Shown here piece by piece: positions 42,947 to 52,621 of a stretch of 64,000 nucleotides of DNA (its first letter is position 1; every line of letters starts with the position of its first letter). The stretch covers positions 96,001 through 160,000 of the forward strand of contig CBDBPB010000004.1 of assembly GCA_965208615.1 (NCBI GenBank), written 5' to 3'. The position numbers and the translations under genes are program-made. Below the pieces are notes generated by a model. That model was not told the DNA's origin. It searched no databases and saw only the letters and a program-made list of their open reading frames with translations. This stretch comes from Spirochaetota bacterium. Its GTDB lineage: Bacteria > Spirochaetota > UBA6919 > CBDBPB01.

Positions 42947-45382
42947 ATGAGGGTGGTTATGCGCTATTCACTAAAAATTATAATAATAATTTTTCTTATT
43001 TCTATAGTAACTCTAGCACTTTCCTTAATTTTATTAAAAGAAAATCTAGCCTTTAGACAAGCTCTAATAGCCTCGAGTATAGCTTCTACAATAATCTTTC
43101 TCATTGGCTTGTGGATAACTACAAAACAACAAAAAACATACAGAAAATATCCCCTAAAAAATAGAATAGAAGAAATCCTAAATAATACATGGAACTTTTT
43201 TCCAATTACAAGTAAAGTAAAAAATGAACAACTATCCGATGAACTAATAAGCTATAATAAATTATTTAATAAATTGGCTAAAAATGCCTCCATAACGCAA
43301 TCAGTTGCCAATAGACTAAATGACCTAGGAGGTTTTTTATCTTCCTCTTTAAATACTACTACACAAAATATGGATAGTATGATAAGATCTATTGAAAGAG
43401 TGAATCAAACAGTCATTGAGCAAACAAATATTGTTAACAAGACCGACTCTACTATTGGTGATATAATCTACTCCTTAGAAGAAATGATAACGCAAATTGA
43501 GTCCCAAATTAAAGAAGTAGAAAAAAACTCAAAAGCCGTAGAACACCTTACAAAATCAATAACCTCTCTAAACCTTATGACTGGTAAAGTAAATAGCGTT
43601 GCCACTAATCTCTCAGAAGTCGCCAGTGAAGGAGCTAACTCTATACACAGTGCTATAGAGGCTATTAAAGAGATTGAGTCTGCTAGCCATAGAGTGAGTG
43701 AAGGTGTTAACGTAATAACCAATATAGCAGAACAAACTAACTTATTGGCTATGAATGCCTCTATTGAAGCTGCACATGCAGGTAAATATGGTAAAGGTTT
43801 TGCAATTGTAGCCCATGAGATCAGAAAATTAGCTAATAACAGCACTCAGTCTGCCAAAGAGATTAGCGGTCTCAATAAAGATATGTTAACGAGAATCGAA
43901 CATGGTGTTAAGTTGGCTGATCACGCAGAAACATCTCTCACTGCTATTATAACCGATATTAGTGAAACAACTACCCTAATTAATAAAACAACTTCTACTA
44001 TATCAGAACAAGCTAAACAAACTAAATCTCTTGTAGAGTCAATGGAATCCTTAATGACCATATCTAGAGGGATTATGAAGGCTATTAATACCCAGCGTAC
44101 TGAAATAGAGGATGTTAAACAAGTTCTTAAAAGCCTTCTTCTAATCACAAATAGGGTGGTATTAACAACTTTTGACCAGAGTAAAGATGGAGAGCTAATT
44201 AGCCATAAAATAAATCTGATTAGTGGTAGCATTAATAATGGTAAATCACTATTAGATAATTTGAGTACTATTACCAATGCTTTTATAATTCCCAAAAAAC
44301 AAAAAGTCTTAAAAATCGGCTTTATAGCTGATCAGAGTGCTAGTGGAGTTGCTGAATTCGGTATTTCTGGAGTACATGGGTTTGAACTGGCTATTAATAA
44401 CATTAACTCAAATGGAGGCTTACTCGGTCATACAGTAGTTGGAATTAGTGATGACGATAAAGCATCACCAGATTTAGCCAGAGATAAGGTAACTAACCTC
44501 ATTGAAAAAGAAAATGTTATAGGTATAGTTGGTGGTGGTACCAGTGGTAGTACATTAAATTGGATAGATATACCACAAGAAAAAAATATTCCCTTAATAG
44601 TGCCTATAGCTACGGCAAGTGAAATAACGACTAGGTATAGCGATGAAGAGCAAAATTACATTTTTAGAGTTTCTAATACTGATTTAGACCAAGTAAAACT
44701 TCTAATTGCTCAAGCACTTAGGAGGTCTAAAACTGGTAAGATTGCTGTAATGGCTGACTCTACCTCATACGGAGAAGGTGCTCTTATAGACATTAAGCAT
44801 ATTTTGATGCAAAGCAAAAGAAGCCCTGTTGCTGTAGAAAGGTTTAAGCCTGGTGATGAGGATATGACTCTACAACTTAAAAAAATACAAAATAGCGGTG
44901 CAGATATTATACTTGTATACGGACTAACTACCGAAAATGCCAGAATATTAATAAACCTACAGGTTATGCAAAACTTTAAACCTGTACTACTTGGAAGCTG
45001 GGTAAATATGATTTCTATGGTATCAAAAGTCATAAATATTAGTAAATCTGAATTACTATTTACTGCCTCATCTATATCTGGGACCAATGAGGTATCCAAA
45101 AAACTGCAAGAACAAATTGAACAAAACTATCGTTTTACTCCTGTATTTTCGGTAGCGGCTCAGGCCTATGATGCTACCTTACTGCTTTCTCAGGCTATTA
45201 GTGACGCTAACTCTACTAACGGAGCTAAAATAGTTAAGGCATTAGAGAGTCTTGGACAGGTAAAGGGAGCTATTAAATTATATCATAAGCCCTATTCCGA
45301 AGATAATCATGAGGCACTAAGCAAAGATGACCTATTTTTAGCTCATTGGGACTCAGGACAAATAAAACCATATAGGCTATAA
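42947..45382 (+). CDS. Methyl-accepting chemotaxis protein fused to a C-terminal LivJ-like (type I) solute-binding domain
   Basis: Two N-terminal TMs; IAEQTNLLAMNASIEAAHAGKYGKGFAIVAHEIRKLA; then LKIGFI..INSNGGLLG..DD..P, YIFRVS, AQAYDA. Confidence 0.9.
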   Translation: MRVVMRYSLKIIIIIFLISIVTLALSLILLKENLAFRQALIASSIASTIIFLIGLWITTKQQKTYRKYPLKNRIEEILNNTWNFFPITSKVKNEQLSDELISYNKLFNKLAKNASITQSVANRLNDLGGFLSSSLNTTTQNMDSMIRSIERVNQTVIEQTNIVNKTDSTIGDIIYSLEEMITQIESQIKEVEKNSKAVEHLTKSITSLNLMTGKVNSVATNLSEVASEGANSIHSAIEAIKEIESASHRVSEGVNVITNIAEQTNLLAMNASIEAAHAGKYGKGFAIVAHEIRKLANNSTQSAKEISGLNKDMLTRIEHGVKLADHAETSLTAIITDISETTTLINKTTSTISEQAKQTKSLVESMESLMTISRGIMKAINTQRTEIEDVKQVLKSLLLITNRVVLTTFDQSKDGELISHKINLISGSINNGKSLLDNLSTITNAFIIPKKQKVLKIGFIADQSASGVAEFGISGVHGFELAINNINSNGGLLGHTVVGISDDDKASPDLARDKVTNLIEKENVIGIVGGGTSGSTLNWIDIPQEKNIPLIVPIATASEITTRYSDEEQNYIFRVSNTDLDQVKLLIAQALRRSKTGKIAVMADSTSYGEGALIDIKHILMQSKRSPVAVERFKPGDEDMTLQLKKIQNSGADIILVYGLTTENARILINLQVMQNFKPVLLGSWVNMISMVSKVINISKSELLFTASSISGTNEVSKKLQEQIEQNYRFTPVFSVAAQAYDATLLLSQAISDANSTNGAKIVKALESLGQVKGAIKLYHKPYSEDNHEALSKDDLFLAHWDSGQIKPYRL

Positions 45383-45396
45383 TCACCCCTAAATTT

Positions 45397-46119
45397 ATGG
45401 TACTAAAAAATAAAACTGCTCTCATTACAGGCGGAGGAACTGGTATTGGTAAGGCTATAGCCAAAGAGTATGCCAAAGCTGGTGCCTCTGTTATTATTAT
45501 ATCACGAAAAGAGTTAAACTTAAAAAAAACCAAAATAGAAATACTAAATGAAATCAATAGTAAAAATATAGACTATTTCGTATGCGATATAGCTAACAAA
45601 GAGCAAGTAGACAATCTAGCAAACAAAATAAAAAAACAATTTGGTCATCTTAATATTTTGGTAAACAATGCTGGAGTACTAGGACAAAGAAAAACTATAG
45701 CTAACTACCCAAAAGACGTCTGGGAAAAGGTAATAAACATTAACCTTAACGGAACTTTTTATATAACAAAAGCTCTTATACCTCTAATGACAAAAAGTTA
45801 TTCCTCTATCATAAATCTATCATCAGGAGTAGGCATAGAACCAAAAAAGGAATGGGGAGCCTATTCAATATCTAAGTTTGCCATAGAAGCCTTTACTAAA
45901 ATACTATCCCAAGAGCTATTAGCCTATAATATTAGGGTTAATGCGGTTAACCCCGGAGCAGTTAGAACCGATATGCGTGCTAAAGCCTATCCTAATGAGG
46001 ATCCAAATACAATAGCTAAGCCTGATGATATAACTAAGGTTTTTCTATATTTGGCTGAGGACAGTTCAAAACATATTACAGGAAAGTCTATAAATGCCAA
46101 AGAATATATAAATAAGTAA
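45397..46119 (+). CDS. Short-chain dehydrogenase/reductase (YciK-like)
   Basis: TGGGTGIG, NNAG, YSISK, NPGAVRTDMRAKAYP. Confidence 0.92.
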   Translation: MVLKNKTALITGGGTGIGKAIAKEYAKAGASVIIISRKELNLKKTKIEILNEINSKNIDYFVCDIANKEQVDNLANKIKKQFGHLNILVNNAGVLGQRKTIANYPKDVWEKVININLNGTFYITKALIPLMTKSYSSIINLSSGVGIEPKKEWGAYSISKFAIEAFTKILSQELLAYNIRVNAVNPGAVRTDMRAKAYPNEDPNTIAKPDDITKVFLYLAEDSSKHITGKSINAKEYINK

Positions 46120-46175
46120 TATAGCAAATTGTTTTATGTTACAGGATAAGAACTGTATAAATAATCAAGGATATT

Positions 46176-47015
46176 ATGAAAACTAAAACTATGGAACTAG
46201 CTGATGGATGGTATCCCAAAAATAAAAAGTTGTGCTATAAAGAAATTAACTCTTTTTTAAACCAATATCCTAACATATCACTAAAAAACAGCCCTGTTGG
46301 GGGAATAGTACCTCATGCAGGATGGTACTTCTCTGGTAAACTATCCTGCAAAGTAATTAGCCTGTTAGCTGAAAGCAATGTAGATGTAATAGCAGTATTT
46401 GGCGGACACCTAAAAATAAATGACCTAATCACATATTATGACTACGACCTCTTTGAAACACCATTTGGTAATATTGAACTCCATAAACCCCTTTTTGACA
46501 AAGTTATAAACGAAATTAAAAATAACTCCGAACCAAACTATCTAACCGATAATACTGTAGAAATACAACTACCCTTTATAAAATACTTTTTTCCCAATAC
46601 AAAAATAGTTGCCTTTCGCTCTCCACCGTCTAATCTATCCGCTAACTTAGGGCAACTCATTGCCAATAAGGCAAAAGAACTAAACCTAAAACTAATTACC
46701 ATTGGCTCAACCGATCTAACCCATTACGGTCCCAATTATAGCTTTATGCCAGCAGGACTAGGTGAAAAGTCTATAGAATGGGTAAAAAATATAAACGATA
46801 ATACCCTAATCAACTACCTAAGCAAAATGGATGAAGATTTATCAATTGAACATGCCACTCAAAACTCAAGTGCATGTAGTGTTGGAGCCGCTATATCATG
46901 TATATCCGCCAGCAAAGCCTTAGGAAGAACTAAAGGAAATATCATTGATTATTATACAAGCTACGACGTTATGAAAAATGACAGCTTTGTCGGATATGTG
47001 GGTATGGTCTTCTAA
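46176..47015 (+). CDS. MEMO1-family protein (AmmeMemoRadiSam protein B)
   Basis: PHAGWYFSG, EIQLPF, STDLTHYG, SFVGY. Confidence 0.9.
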   Translation: MKTKTMELADGWYPKNKKLCYKEINSFLNQYPNISLKNSPVGGIVPHAGWYFSGKLSCKVISLLAESNVDVIAVFGGHLKINDLITYYDYDLFETPFGNIELHKPLFDKVINEIKNNSEPNYLTDNTVEIQLPFIKYFFPNTKIVAFRSPPSNLSANLGQLIANKAKELNLKLITIGSTDLTHYGPNYSFMPAGLGEKSIEWVKNINDNTLINYLSKMDEDLSIEHATQNSSACSVGAAISCISASKALGRTKGNIIDYYTSYDVMKNDSFVGYVGMVF

Positions 47016-48193
47016 TGCCCCTTTTAACTAGCTATGTGGATAATAGCTCCTTAGAAACCGCCATAAGCTTAGGCTTTGATAAACTATTAATAGAAGATCA
47101 ACAGTTCTCAATCCTCGCAAACAATAAGAGTGAAAATATCACCCATAAAATAAAAAACCTATACAATAAAGCTAAAAAACTTAATCCGCAAATAAAACTG
47201 GTCTTCAATATAGATATTATAACCCACCAAAATAACGTTAATATCATATCTAACCTAATAAACAGCCTATACACCATAGGTTACGACGGAATAAGAGTAC
47301 AGGATATCGGACTGGCTTGGCTCATCTATAATAAATATCCAAAAATTAACTTGGAAATAAATACTCAAACTGCTAATCGTAACTATAAAGCTATAAACTT
47401 CATGGAGAATAATTTTAAACCCTCTCTCAAAACTATTGTACTCTCCAATGAAATACCAAAAGATCAGCTTAAAACTATTATAGATAAGTCTTCTACACAA
47501 ACAGAAATATTAATACATGGTCCAATCTTGATGTTCCAAAGTAAACGACGGCTAATTGAACAGAGTAACTTTATAAATAAAGCTATCAAAAACCAAAATA
47601 ACTATGAAATATACCTAAAAGAACAAAAAAGAGAAAACGACTGGTTCCTGTTTAAAGATAATCCCCACGGTAGCTTTATGTTTTTCAGCCGTGAACTATG
47701 CCTCATAAACCAAATAGATGAAATACTAAAATTAAAAATACCATCCCTACTCTTTGACTTTAGAAATAAATCATCCGAAGTTATGATAAACGTTACCAGA
47801 GCTTATAAAGATAAAATAAATAATCCAACTATACCTAATAACCAAAACCTATTAAATAAAATAAATAAATACTATCCCCAAGGACTAACAGAAGGCTTTT
47901 TTAATAATAATCCGACTGATAATATCAATATTAATATGAATCAACCAAACCCAATAGCAAAGGTAATAGGTCTAGTAAAATATAAACTAATAGCCGTTGA
48001 GGTATACTCCAAGTTTAACAACGAAAATACTCTAAAAATTAATACCCCAGAAGGAAAAACCTTTGTACTAAATAACTATACTATCAAAAATATAGAAGGT
48101 GATCAAATCACACAAACAACAATAGGAGATGTAGTCCTACTAAATTGGCATAAAGGAATTACACCAGAAAGCCTTTTATATATAAATAAATAA
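47015..48193 (+). CDS. Peptidase U32-like protein (atypical)
   Basis: IRVQDIGL, NTQTANRN, VLSNE, EILIHG, FSRELCL. Confidence 0.75.
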   Translation: MPLLTSYVDNSSLETAISLGFDKLLIEDQQFSILANNKSENITHKIKNLYNKAKKLNPQIKLVFNIDIITHQNNVNIISNLINSLYTIGYDGIRVQDIGLAWLIYNKYPKINLEINTQTANRNYKAINFMENNFKPSLKTIVLSNEIPKDQLKTIIDKSSTQTEILIHGPILMFQSKRRLIEQSNFINKAIKNQNNYEIYLKEQKRENDWFLFKDNPHGSFMFFSRELCLINQIDEILKLKIPSLLFDFRNKSSEVMINVTRAYKDKINNPTIPNNQNLLNKINKYYPQGLTEGFFNNNPTDNININMNQPNPIAKVIGLVKYKLIAVEVYSKFNNENTLKINTPEGKTFVLNNYTIKNIEGDQITQTTIGDVVLLNWHKGITPESLLYINK

Positions 48194-48194
48194 A

Positions 48195-51100
48195 CTATAC
48201 CTTTTTAATCCTAATTATAGATTGCTCTCCATTTAAGTCCCACTCTTTGCCTTCGCCGTCAATGGACTTATTAAAAATAATATCCACAGCCAAAGTCTCA
48301 TTCTTTATATAATCACTAAGCCAAGTTATAGAGTCCCTCACAGTATTAGACGAAGAATAATCCACCCTAATCCTGTCAAGAACATCAAAGTTATACTCCT
48401 TCCTCATATTCTGTACCTTGTTAACAAACTCCCTTGCAAAACCCTCTTTTCTTAATTCAGTAGTAATCTCAGAGTTTAATGCCACTGTAACATCATCTGA
48501 TACCTCAATAACAAGACCAGGCCTCTCCTTTCTCTGTATTAAAACATCATCCAGCGTAATATTAATAACTTTATCATCATAACCTAACTCAATACCATTA
48601 CCACCCTCAAGCTTTATTATGTCATCCCCAGTGAGAGCAGAAATAATAGGAATAACCTTCTTTAACTCCTTACCCAACATAGGACCAAGCTTCTTTAAAT
48701 TAGGCTTTACCGTTAGAATAACTAAATCCTTATCACTCTTAGCCAAAACAACTGATTTAACATTAAGCTCCTCACAAACTAAATCACTCATGGCTGATAT
48801 AACCCTCTCATCATCACGATTGTGACATACAACTATAAGCTCACTCAAGGGTTGACGTACCTTTATACCATACTTATTCCTCAAAGAACGACCCAGAGAT
48901 ACAACCGTACGTATAAGGTTCATCTCATGTTCTAAGGTTAAACTTCTATCTCCGTCATCAGCAACAGGATAATCGCATAAGTGTATGCTCTCTTTAGCGT
49001 CCAAATTAACCGACCTAACAACCTGTTGGTATATTTCCTCAGTAATAAAAGGTAAAAAAGGTGCCAATACCTTTAACAAATCAACAAATACACTATACAG
49101 CGTATCATAAGCCTCTTTTTTATCATTATCACTCTCCGACTTCCAAAAACGCCTTCTACTCCTTCGTATATACCAATTAGAAAGCTTATCAATATACTCA
49201 AATATATGTTGACATGACCCAGAAGAGTCATAACTATCCAATGCCTTTGTTACCCCAGTAATTAGACCTTTAGTCTCTGATAATATCCATAAGTCCAATG
49301 GATTAGATGAATTATGTATATCGTCAGGCTTGTAGTTATCAATCCTCGCATAAGTTACAAAAAAACTGTATATATTCCATATTGGTAAAATAATCTGCTT
49401 AAGATTATCCTTTAGTGCATCCTCAGAAAAGCGTATTGAATTACCAGGACTGGTATTCAAAAATAACCATCGCATAGCATCAGCACCATATTTATTAACC
49501 ATATCCGCAGGATCAACTACATTACCCTTAGATTTGCTCATCTTATGGCCGTCTTTATCCAAAACCAACTCTGTACATATAACATTCTTATAACTAGACC
49601 TGTCAGTCAACATAGTAGATATGGCTAATAAAGCATAAAACCAACCCCTTGTTTGATCCTGACCCTCACATATAAAATCAGCTGGATATTGACTGTTTAA
49701 TAACTCTGTAGAACCATCCTTAGAAGGATAGGCAAACTGACCCCAAGGCATTATCCCAGAATTATACCAACAATCTAGTACATCAGGCTCCCTTGTCATA
49801 TCCGACTTACACTTTGGACAAGTGCATATAACCTTGTCTATCTCTGGGATATGTAAATCAAAATCATCATCAATCTTAACTTTAGAATAGTCATTTAGCT
49901 CTTTAATAGACTCAACACAAATCTGATGCTTACAATCACCATTAGTACATGTCCAAATAGGCAAAGGTGAACCCCAATAACGCTCACGGGATATACACCA
50001 ATCCACATTGTTCTCAAGCCAATTACCAAACCTACCATCCCGTATATGACCAGGATACCAGTTAATATCCTTATTAGCCAATAACATACGATCCTTATAA
50101 GCAGTAGTTTTTATAAACCAGCTCGACTTTGCATAATACATAAGCCTCGCACCAGTACGATAGCAAAAGGGATAGGAATGCTCCAACCTCTCCTTAGCAA
50201 ATACTAAACCCCGTGATGACAAATCCTTAAGTATATTAACATCCATACCATCTTCAGTAAAGTATTTACCAGCATAGTCCCCACACTCATTAGTAAAATA
50301 ACCAGATAAATTAATATGCTGTACATAAGGCAAATCATACTTTTTAATTATACGATAGTCATCCTCGCCGTATAAAGCTAAATGAACAATACCAGTACCA
50401 TCCTCAGTGGTAACATAATCATCGTTTATAGTAAAATGCTTTCGCTTATCAAAACCACTATGAAACCCCCATAAAGGCTCATAGTCTATATTAACTAAAT
50501 CAGAACCCTTATAACGTTCAATTATATCATAATCGGCAAGAAAACCCTTATCCTCTAAAGGCTTAAGCCGTGCCTCAGCCAGAATATACTTCTCATTGTT
50601 AACCCTAATCTTAACATAATCAATATCCTTAGCAAGGGCTAGAGCTACATTACCTAATAAAGTCCATGGGGTAGTAGTCCATGCTAAGAAAAAGGTATTA
50701 TCCTCATCCCTAATAGCAAACTTAGCAAAAATAGATATATCTACTACATCCCTATACCCTTGGGCAACCTCATGATTTGATAATGACGTTCCAAGCCTTG
50801 GACAATGTGCTATAACCTTATGACCCTGATATAAAAGACCCTTCTCCCATGCACGCTTTAATACCCACCAATCACTTTGAATAAAATCATTAGTAAGAGT
50901 GGCATATTCATCCTCAAAGTCTAAAAACCGCCCAATACGCCTAATAGCATTAACCCACTCACCCTTATACCTAAACACCGTTTTACGACAATAATCTATA
51001 AACTTACTAACTCCATAATCTTCAACATCCGCCTTAGAGTTTAAACCAAGCTCCTTCTCAGCAGTAAGCTCAATAGGTAAACCATGAGTATCCCAGCCAG

Positions 51101-51350
51101 CCTTTCGTATAACACGATAACCCTGCATAGCCTTATACCTAGGCCATAAATCCTTTAATACACTTTGTAACATATGCCCTATATGAGGATGGCCGTTAGT
51201 ACCCGGTGGTCCATCATAAAATACATAGTCTTTATTTTTATTCTCAAGACTTTTGTAAAATATCTTGTTGTCTTCCCAAAACTTAAGTATTTGTTCTTCC
51301 AGCTTAGGAAAGGATACACTGGATAATGGCTCTCTATACATAAAAATCAC
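48195..51350 (-). CDS. ileS: Isoleucyl-tRNA synthetase, type 2
   Basis: FYDGPP..HIGH, GWDTHGLPIE, WTTTPWTL, KMSKS; C-terminal AREFVNKVQNMRK without the type 1 zinc finger. Confidence 0.97.
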   Translation of the reverse strand: MIFMYREPLSSVSFPKLEEQILKFWEDNKIFYKSLENKNKDYVFYDGPPGTNGHPHIGHMLQSVLKDLWPRYKAMQGYRVIRKAGWDTHGLPIELTAEKELGLNSKADVEDYGVSKFIDYCRKTVFRYKGEWVNAIRRIGRFLDFEDEYATLTNDFIQSDWWVLKRAWEKGLLYQGHKVIAHCPRLGTSLSNHEVAQGYRDVVDISIFAKFAIRDEDNTFFLAWTTTPWTLLGNVALALAKDIDYVKIRVNNEKYILAEARLKPLEDKGFLADYDIIERYKGSDLVNIDYEPLWGFHSGFDKRKHFTINDDYVTTEDGTGIVHLALYGEDDYRIIKKYDLPYVQHINLSGYFTNECGDYAGKYFTEDGMDVNILKDLSSRGLVFAKERLEHSYPFCYRTGARLMYYAKSSWFIKTTAYKDRMLLANKDINWYPGHIRDGRFGNWLENNVDWCISRERYWGSPLPIWTCTNGDCKHQICVESIKELNDYSKVKIDDDFDLHIPEIDKVICTCPKCKSDMTREPDVLDCWYNSGIMPWGQFAYPSKDGSTELLNSQYPADFICEGQDQTRGWFYALLAISTMLTDRSSYKNVICTELVLDKDGHKMSKSKGNVVDPADMVNKYGADAMRWLFLNTSPGNSIRFSEDALKDNLKQIILPIWNIYSFFVTYARIDNYKPDDIHNSSNPLDLWILSETKGLITGVTKALDSYDSSGSCQHIFEYIDKLSNWYIRRSRRRFWKSESDNDKKEAYDTLYSVFVDLLKVLAPFLPFITEEIYQQVVRSVNLDAKESIHLCDYPVADDGDRSLTLEHEMNLIRTVVSLGRSLRNKYGIKVRQPLSELIVVCHNRDDERVISAMSDLVCEELNVKSVVLAKSDKDLVILTVKPNLKKLGPMLGKELKKVIPIISALTGDDIIKLEGGNGIELGYDDKVINITLDDVLIQRKERPGLVIEVSDDVTVALNSEITTELRKEGFAREFVNKVQNMRKEYNFDVLDRIRVDYSSSNTVRDSITWLSDYIKNETLAVDIIFNKSIDGEGKEWDLNGEQSIIRIKKV

Positions 51351-51640
51351 CTGCTTATAATATTCAACGGATAAAGCAATAAAAATTCATATATCAAGAA
51401 AATATAGTATTTCTTAGAAAATTAAAAATAATCAAAACCCTAACTTTGTCAAGGGAATACTAAGTCTTTAAGCTTATCCGCTAACTTAGAACAACTCGAT
51501 AGCTTAAAACCTTTTTACAATAGTATACCAAGATATTCACAACTGTATACCAATAAAATATAATTTTTACCACTTAAATAATAATTCTTAAACTCTATAT
51601 ACCGAATAACTTCAATATAGAACATAATAAGGAATAAAAT

Positions 51641-52621
51641 ATGAAAACTAAACTCTTACTAATAATAACTATCCTATTATTTGCAACTAATAGCTATACA
51701 TATAACTGGGAAAAAGGAACTAAAATATTTAAACTCAATATGAGCATCCTAAATATAGAAAAAATATTAGTTAAACATAATCCATCACTCAAAGTCGCCC
51801 AAAACTACTATAGTAAAAACTTTTACTTTTTTACCGATAACAATATAATAAATAGCAGGTTCTATCATGATGACCCAAATATTAGTATTGGTTATAATAG
51901 CAATGAAATAAATAAATCCCTATCTGCAAAAATAACACTAAAAAGAGTGTTTGGCTATAAACTGGGTAAACTTAATTGGCTAACTAATAGTAAAGTACTC
52001 TCATCAGCTAATAAAACTCAACAATATAAATTAACCATCAATACTAAAAATGATAAACTGCATAAAAAAATTACTAATATACTTAAGAATAACTTATCAA
52101 AAAACAATATGACAAAAGAAGGCAACACCTTTATCATTGCTAGTATTAGTACAGCTAAGGCAAAAACAATAAAAAATAAAATCGAAAGCTTAAACAAAAA
52201 TATAACTATAAATATAGAACTAGACTTTAATCCTGAAATAGTTTATAGCTACCGTAGTTTTCCAATTGAAAAGTTTAACCCTTTAATTAACTCTATAGAG
52301 CTTGGTTTCATCGATAAAAGCCTGTTTAGGATTATGTATGAAATAAAACTATCACCACAACAATATAAGATCCTAAAGGAAAACCTTAATACTAATTATG
52401 CCAAATATAAAAAAACTATTAATAAAAATACAATCCACTATCAAAACGATAAGCAAAGTATTAAACTATTATCCAAACAGAATAATAATATCTATAACGT
52501 CCAACTTACCTATATACAAAAAGATAAACATAAACAACTAAAAGACTATAAACTTAAATCTAAAATAATGCTATCAAAGCTCATTAGGCATAGTAAATAC
52601 AAATACCTTAGCAAGTTCTAA
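51641..52621 (+). CDS. Exported hypothetical protein
   Basis: AAGGA RBS, signal peptide, 326-aa Lys/Asn-rich ORF. Confidence 0.6.
   Translation: MKTKLLLIITILLFATNSYTYNWEKGTKIFKLNMSILNIEKILVKHNPSLKVAQNYYSKNFYFFTDNNIINSRFYHDDPNISIGYNSNEINKSLSAKITLKRVFGYKLGKLNWLTNSKVLSSANKTQQYKLTINTKNDKLHKKITNILKNNLSKNNMTKEGNTFIIASISTAKAKTIKNKIESLNKNITINIELDFNPEIVYSYRSFPIEKFNPLINSIELGFIDKSLFRIMYEIKLSPQQYKILKENLNTNYAKYKKTINKNTIHYQNDKQSIKLLSKQNNNIYNVQLTYIQKDKHKQLKDYKLKSKIMLSKLIRHSKYKYLSKF

Noticed and set aside
51475-51498. Match TATCCGCTAACTTAG..CAACTC to 46636-46658 inside the MEMO1 gene
   Set aside because: Single short match with no supporting context; cannot be distinguished from chance
51351-51640. T-box riboswitch upstream of ileS (also checked leuS and valS)
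   Set aside because: No T-box motif or terminator/antiterminator seen
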